Positions 9,104 through 15,540 of a DNA stretch of 15,540 nucleotides are shown here, in pieces (positions within the stretch are counted from its first letter, which is position 1; each line of letters starts with the position of its first letter). The translations under genes and the position numbers were made by a program. This DNA is from Azolla caroliniana. Lineage: Eukaryota; Plantae; Polypodiophyta. The stretch lies in assembly GCA_043228905.1 (NCBI GenBank), contig JBHGNT010000795.1, positions 1-15,540 of the forward strand. Reading direction: 5' to 3'. The notes beneath the pieces were generated by a model. It saw nothing but the letters and a program-made list of their open reading frames with translations. It was not told where the DNA came from and searched no databases.

Positions 9104-12100
9104 GTGCAATCCTCGCCACTGAACACTCGATCGCGAGTTGATTCACCACCAGAACCCCCGTCGAGCCCTCCGGAGGTCAATCAACTGGAACTAAACCCTT
9201 TTCTGGTGCTACCAGAAGACCCACAATACGACATCATGCCGTACCCGTACCCACGATATACCGACAGACCAGACGTGGAGTCACACGTCCGTGCCTTCAT
9301 ATCCACTTGGCAGGCTAACCACTCCACGCACCACCTCACGCCAGCTGAAATCGATGCCTCGAAGATTGCCGAGTTCACACTCTCCCTCGATGGACCAGCC
9401 GCACGATGGTACTCTCGCCTCGAAATAGGAGAGGCCACCACTTTCCAAATCGTGCGCACAAAGTTCCTTGAACTTTTTCATTGCGAGGTGCCTAAACGGG
9501 AACTGCTCCGGCAATTCTTCTCTATATGCCAGGAACCACACGAAACGGTCGCACAGTTCACGATCCGGTTCCAGGATCTCTACAGACAAGTGGCCGATGA
9601 TGTCTCGGCACAACATATACCAGACACTTTCCTATCCAGTTTACGAGAGCCTCTATGAACGACTCTCGCACTTACAAATTTCGCCAACCATACTATCGAA
9701 CAAGTCATAGCGCGCGTTCTCGCCCTCGATCGGAACCAGCACGACACAACCTTCTCGATGACATCCTTGCAAAATGCTCTTCCCCAAGAGGACAATCGCT
9801 TTCGCCAAGCCCTCCAATGCACTGCGTGTTCAGGATCAGGGCACCTGGCCCTCGAATGTCCCCACCGACCACAGTGTCCGATCTGTCAGTCTTGAGCTCA
9901 CACAATCGAGCAGTGCGAATATAATATGCTGAACCGCACAACGGCGGCACCGGTCCGCCAGATCGAGCCACGAAATACATACTCTCGGTAGGACGAGCGA
10001 TATATCTACCGAGACCAGGATAACGACCAACCGCGATCCCCGGATCGATGGCGCCGAAACGACGACTACCAACATGATAATCGCCGTGATTATTATCGCG
10101 ATGACCAGCACGACGATTATGCTCGATACGATGACGATCGCGATGATTGGTATGACCGAAGGAACTCACGCATGGATCGGCGAAACGACAATCACAACAC
10201 ACGCAACAATAGAAGACCTAATCCCAACCGCCGACGGGACGCTCCTCAACATGACCAGCGTAACTCCAACGCACCTCGGAACAACCCACCACCAAACGAG
10301 ACTGAGAATCAACAACAACAGCTTCCACACATAGACCGAGCGGACACCAGCAGCTCGGTCAACGTGACATGTTTTAAATGTAATCAACCAGGCCACTACG
10401 CCACGCAATGTCCGACAACCAACTGTGGCAAGGCACCATCGGTGAACAGTATCGCCGATGTTCAAACGGTCACTACCCGGAGTAAAGCGGAGACTACTCA
10501 GTGGCAAATCCAGGATGACGTACGACAGGCAGCAAAAGAATGGGTCGACACGGCCAATAAAAATAATGCCATACGCATGCAAACTGACATGAGGGACGGG
10601 CCCAGTGAAGTACCACAAACCTCGGCACCATCCACGTCGTCGGAGGACGACCAACTATGGGATGTTCTTACCAACTCCCGCATCTCGCTGCCCCTACATA
10701 AACTGCTACCACTCATGCTGAGATTTCGGGACACCCTGGCGGCACTGCAGGCCAATACTAAGGCCGTGACACCACCAGTACACCTCACCGAAGCAAGAAC
10801 CGGTCCACCACTCATGGATTCTCAGAACCCAGCCGTGTGAATCATCATTAAGGGACAAGACCTGCACGGATGCATCATTGACGGCGGATCCGGCGTAAAC
10901 GTTATTAGCGAGTCAACGTGTCTCAACCTAGGCTGGAATCAATGGGAACCATGCCCCTTTTGGCTTCGGATGGCCGACACCCGCTCCGTTCGCCCCATTG
11001 GGTTAATCCGCCATCTCGACTTCACACTCGGAGGCCACATGTTCACGATCTCGGCCGTCGTGCTACGACTGGAGACACAAGGTGCCTACCCAATGTTACC
11101 AGGTCGACCATGGTTGCGTACAACGAATATCAAGCAACATTGGCAACACAACATGATCTCGTTCCGAAGAGGAAAGACAAAAGTCCGAATCATCACCGAA
11201 GAACGAGTCTCCGTCGCCCTCAACACTTCGCCGTTATACGCGGAAGGGGTCCATATGATCGACGGGTTGGCCGATGAGGAGGTCAATGACTTCCTAGATG
11301 ATCATCCCACGATCATCCCTCTCTTCGAAATCAATGCCTTACCAACCATCGAGCCATCTAAAGACGAGGAAGTCATGGAGGAGTCACCACCCCAGGATGA
11401 ACCAGATGCAGCCACAGTTGCCGAGCTACGTCATGCTCGGGAGGCTTTCGAACGTGAACTCGCCATTTCACAACGAGTGAAAGCATCAACCCTGGAAACA
11501 ATAAACCTCGGTACGGTACAAATTGCCAATAATCTACCAACCGGCGAACGGGCATGCCTCGTAAAATTACTCACCGACTACCAGGATGTTTTCGCTTGGT
11601 CTTACACCGATATGAAGGGGCTGGATCCTCAATACTATCAACATCAAATTCACATCTTACCCGACACTCGGCCAGTTCAGCAAAGGCGCTACAGGATGAA
11701 CCCCAACTACGCCGCTAAAGTCAAAGAGGAAATTGACAAACTACTCCGAGTGGGCTTCATTCGCCCTGTTAAACGGGCTACATGGTTGAGCCCGATCGTA
11801 GTGGTCCCAAAGAAGAATGGAAAAATCCGCGTCTGCGTCGACTATTGGAAGCTTAACGCAGCAACAGTCACTGACGGTTTCCCTCTCCCATTCACGGATA
11901 GCGTCCTCGACACGGTAGCCGGCCACGAATGCTACAGTTTCCTCGACGGGTTCAGCGGCTATAACCAGATAAGAATGCACCCGGAGGATCAGGAGAAAAC
12001 CGCTTTCGTCACGGAATGGGGTGTTTTTGTAGCAGAAGTTATGATGTTCGGTCTAAAAACGGCGCCGGCTACGTTCCAACGCATCATCACCGAAATCTTT

Positions 12101-12488
12101 CATGACTACACCTCGGCGTTCATGCAAGTCTTTCTCGACGATTTCGCCGTGTATGGCCATCGACGGGAACACATGACCCAGTTACGACGCTGCCTGGACC
12201 GATGTTGCCAAGCTCGATTGAGTTTAAACTCGGCGAAATGTGCGTTCTTAGTCACGAGCGGCAACCTTCTCGGCCACATTGTCAGTCAAGAAGGCATCGC
12301 TATAGACCTGGATAAAGTAAAGGCAATCCTGAATGCCACCGCACCCTCGAACGCTAAGGCACTAAGCCGTTTTTTGAGACAGATCCGGTGGCACAGCCGA
12401 ATGATACGACACCTGGCCGATTTCGCGACACCCTTACACGCGGCAGTCCATCGCCTTCCTTTCCAATGGACGTCAGTCGAGGACACGG
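9104..12488 (+). pseudogene. gag-pol: Element C single-frame gag-PR-RT polyprotein with four premature stops
   Basis: ORFs starting at 9104, 10172 and 10970 share one frame. Stops at TGA 9656, TGA 9893, TAG 9989 and TGA 10838; no frameshift. Gag capsid-like segment LDGPAARWY...QEPHETVAQF. True start codon uncertain. Confidence 0.9.
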
Positions 12489-13140
12489 TGTCGCGTTACT
12501 ACGCGCGTGCGTGGAGAAACGAGGCGGGACCACCGGGGTCTTGAACCAAAGAGCAGGTGATAGAAGGGGAAAGAGAAAGAGGGAGACGCTCGGTTACGTA
12601 TGAGCAAAGAAACTCAGGGACACGGCCCTGTCAACGCAGAAGACACGAATGGACACAGAGACAGAGAGACACGAATGTTTGTATATTAATGAATGACAAA
12701 TAAACAACAGAGCACGCGAGCCGTTACAACCGAACAGGCCGGCGAACAGATGCCGATGCCTGCTCGTCTGCGCACGAAAAGGGGATAGGATGGAAGTGCT
12801 GCCGGAAGCACATGGGTGTTCCTCGAAGCAGCGTGAGCCTCCCGAAAACCTGTAGAGAAGAGCAATAGAGAACAAACAGAGGAGAAGCGTTCGGTTACGG
12901 TCCGACAACCCTTCGTCCTCCTTAATGCGCGATCCCTTTCTCCCCGCGTCTCCCTCTCTTTTATAGCTTCAAGAAGGGAGCCGTTTCTCTCATTAACTTC
13001 CTACCTACCGAATCTAACTACCTAGGATATGCCTTTGTACTTAATTCTCTATTATATACATTAAAGGGCGCGCATGCGTGAAGAGCCGGTTCACGCGCGC
13101 TATGCACCGATTGCTCTAAGGGACGGTTTTCTTCACGACA
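12489..13140 (-). repeat. Element D 3' LTR (652 bp)
   Basis: Terminal inverted repeat TGTCG...CGACA; abuts the PPT; minus-strand CTATAAAA ~12959-12966. Cuts C's pol at ...SVEDT. Predicted TSD CACGG 12484-12488. Confidence 0.88.
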
Positions 13141-15540
13141 TCCACCCCCACCTAACCGCGCATCCACTGGTATGCGCCAAAATTGGGTTCTGGTTGGAGA
13201 AAACCGGTCGGGGTTCCGGTTCCTCGTCCATCGGTTCGTCCTCCGTCTCGGACTGTTCGTCGTCGTTGTCCAGGCCTCTTAGATCCGGTTCGCCGTCGTG
13301 GCGCTTCTTGAATGCTTTGATCCGCTTCCTCGCCACCGGTATCGCCATCCTCGTACCGTCGAGTTCCGCCAGGTGATACGTCCCGTTGTCGTTGGCGCTC
13401 GTTACCACGTAAGGCCCGAACCACCGCTTTGCGAACTTCCGTGTTGCTCGGTGCTGGTTGTCGAGGCTGCTATCGTAGACTAGCACCCAGTCGCCTTCCT
13501 CGATTTTCTTTGGTCGGAGCCGGTGCGTTCGGTCGAACCGGGCTTTGTTCCTCATCCTCGCCGCCCGAAGTCTCTCCGCCGCTCGTTCCACGTCCTGTGG
13601 CCTCCGCTCGAGCTGCCGTATACGCGCCGCTAGCAGTTCTTCTCGGCTCATCTCGTCTCTCCAGTCCACTGTCGCCCAAGAGGAGATCGTCCGTTCCATC
13701 GGCATGATCGGCTTCTGTCCGAACATGAGCTCTGACGGCATGAACCCGGTTACTGAACTGTGCGTTGTCCGGTCCGCCCACAAGGCATAGGGTAACAGTC
13801 GTGGCTAGTTCCCGACCTGGCCTTCGCACGCTCGGACTAGCGCTTTGACGATCGGTCCATGTCCGCACTCCACCTTCCCGTTCGCCTCCGGATTGTACGT
13901 TGTGGTGAGCGAGAGCTTGACCCCTAACCGGTCGAACAGCTCCTCGGCCTCTTCGGCGTCCAACTCCCCGCGGTCAGCCACGATCTTCCTGATGCACCCG
14001 TACCGGCATATCACGTCCTCGATCAGGAACCGATACACGGCCGCGGTCGTTTTGTTCTGCAGGGCTCGGCCTTCCACCTAGTTCGTCAGGTCCTCCTGGG
14101 CCAGCACCAGATATCGCATCTGCCCTACGTCCATCGGCATCATCACCAAATCTACCATCCATTTGAAATGGATGGCCAGAGGGTAAGGAGGGTGAAGCTC
14201 GTCCCGATGTCGGACTATGGAGTGCATCTGACAACTCTCACAAGTTGTCACGAACCGATGCACGTCCCGGTACAGCCCCGGCCACCAGTACTTCCCCTTT
14301 AGTTTCTCGAACGTGGCCCACGTCCCACGGTGTCCAGCCCAGGGGCTGTCGTGGTAGGCCTTCATCAACTCCTCCTGTTCCTCCTCCATCGCCACCACCC
14401 GGAGCGGGATGCCATTTCTCTTCTCCGGGTGCTTCCATAAGTATCCGTCCCGGAGAAAGAATCGGTATGCTTTCTTCCGGATCCGGTTGGCCTCGTCCTT
14501 TGTCCATGACGCGTCCGACGTCATCGTCCTTAGGAATCCTCCAATCTGCAGCCACTCCCCATCGTACTTGCTCTCGTTAAAATCGTTAAGCGCTAGAGTG
14601 CTCCCCCCCTCGGTTGTTACATAAGCCGCCTCGAAGAAGTCCACGCTGACTTCCTCGTCCTCCGAAACCATGCCGCCCTCGTCGTCGAATCGCGCCCTCG
14701 AAAGCATGTCGGCCAGGGCATTGTCTTTCCCGGAAATGTGTCGTATTTCCGGATCCAAGGACTTGATGTACGCTATCCACCTGAGCATTGCCAGGTCCGG
14801 GGTTGCGCATCCGGAAACCATGCCGAGAATCGGCAGGCAGTCCGTCTCGATAATCACCTCTGTCCCGATCAGATAGTCTTTATCGGCCTTTACCGCCGAA
14901 ATGATACCCCAGAGTTCGCGTTTAACCTGGGCGTATCCTCGCTGTCGCTCGCTGAGGACCTTCGCGCCGAACCGGATTGGGAACCGAATGCCGTCCTTAT
15001 CTTCTTGGTTGACGACCTATCCGATCCCGGTCGGACTTATATCTACCGTTATGTAGATGGGAGTGCCTTTCTCGTAGACAGCCTTCCAGAGTGCCGGAGC
15101 TGCAGCAAGAGCCTCCTTCATCTTTCGGACCGACTCCATATGCTCGTCTCGCCACTCGAATTTTCGCCCCTTTTTCAGCAACCCGTATAGCGGCTCGACA
15201 ACGTGGGCGTAATGCGGGATCCATATGTGGTAGAACGCGCATGCTCCCAAGAACCTCCGTACCTCCGTGACCGAGTTACAGTCGGGCTTCATTGCGGAGA
15301 TGGCTTCCACCTTAGCCGGAGACGGTTTCCGGCCATACGGCCCCTATAGATGTCCGACGACCATGATCTCTGATTGCCCGAAGGCCGATTTCTCCCCGGA
15401 GAAGGTGAGCCTCGCGTCCTCTAGCCTCTGCAGCACCCTCTCGCAGTCGTCAATGTGTGTCGCCACGAATTTCCGGCATCCGTCCGGTCCGATCGTTTTG
15501 TCCTTGTCTTCCACCGGACATCCCTTGATCGGGATATCGT
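13133..15540 (-). pseudogene. pol: Element D pol (RT end, RH, IN)
   Basis: ORFs 15017..15310, 14078..14857, 13805..14077 and 13133..13783 are in one frame, broken only by TAG stops (~15346, 15017, 14078, 13805). HDSPWAGH..CESC, WMVDLV, ADRGE, WFGPY. Confidence 0.93.
13141..13177 (-). promoter_or_regulatory. Element D polypurine tract plus upstream hairpin
   Basis: Minus strand GCGCAT-ACCAGTGG-ATGCGC (13177-13158), then GGTGGGGGTGGA (13152-13141). Confidence 0.8.

Larger units (their letters stand above)
8461..12488 (+). mobile_element. Element C: non-chromovirus Ty3/gypsy element (Tat/Athila/Phygy-like), 5' half, interrupted by D
   Basis: LTR, PBS, gag, PR (IIDGGSGVNVI, ~10874-10906), RT (IRVCVDYWKLN, FLDGFSGYNQI, MMFGLKTAP, VFLDD). 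Confidence 0.9.
12489..15540 (-). mobile_element. Element D: GC-rich Ty3/gypsy of the same family as A, 3' half
   Basis: RT end (DIPIKGC), RH, IN, PPT and LTR are collinear with A; protein identity roughly 70-75% by eye. Confidence 0.93.

Noticed and set aside
9181-10815. Many overlapping antisense and alternate-frame ORFs, here and across the window
   Set aside because: Shadows of GC-rich or low-complexity gag/pol frames, with no motifs.
12489-12544. C-terminus VSRYYARAWRNEAGPPGS of the 524-aa ORF
   Set aside because: Chance read-through into D's LTR; not part of RT.
13076-13096. GCGTGAA/TTCACGC stem in D's U3
   Set aside because: A short stem in GC-rich sequence with no counterpart in A; may be chance.
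2150-15540. A and D as a long inverted repeat forming hairpin RNA
   Set aside because: They are convergent but heavily diverged at synonymous sites and ~9 kb apart; perfect matches are short.
1-15540. Prokaryotic RT systems (retron, DGR, group II intron, CRISPR-RT) or fungal RIP
   Set aside because: All RTs sit in LTR-retrotransposon architecture and no repeat-spacer array is present. Mutation density is low and includes many CG changes, unlike classic RIP.

Overview
Eukaryotic, gene-free nest of decayed LTR retrotransposons. The host is probably a plant, most likely a non-seed plant; this is inferred from the element families. No host gene was found. Left to right: (A) a + strand Ty3/gypsy element (gag tail, PR, RT, RH, IN, PPT, truncated 3' LTR; 1-4804); an unexplained ~670-bp AT-rich insert with a DNA-transposon-like left end and a tRNA-like A/B-box module (4805-5476); (B) the 3' half of a Ty1/copia element (RT, RH, PPT, full 3' LTR; ~5477-7849); (E) a - strand, internally deleted chromovirus-like Ty3 RH/IN remnant (7850-8460); (C) a + strand non-chromovirus Ty3 element (5' LTR, tRNA-Arg-like PBS, gag with three zinc knuckles, PR, RT; 8461-12488); and (D) a GC-rich - strand relative of A inserted into C's pol (12489-15540, continuing off the window). 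The best leads are cis-acting RNA signals of the A/D family: a candidate -1 frameshift signal (G_GAU_UUU plus pseudoknot) placed after the protease, and a covarying hairpin just upstream of an atypical PPT. All calls are by-eye motif reading; no searches or folding programs were run.
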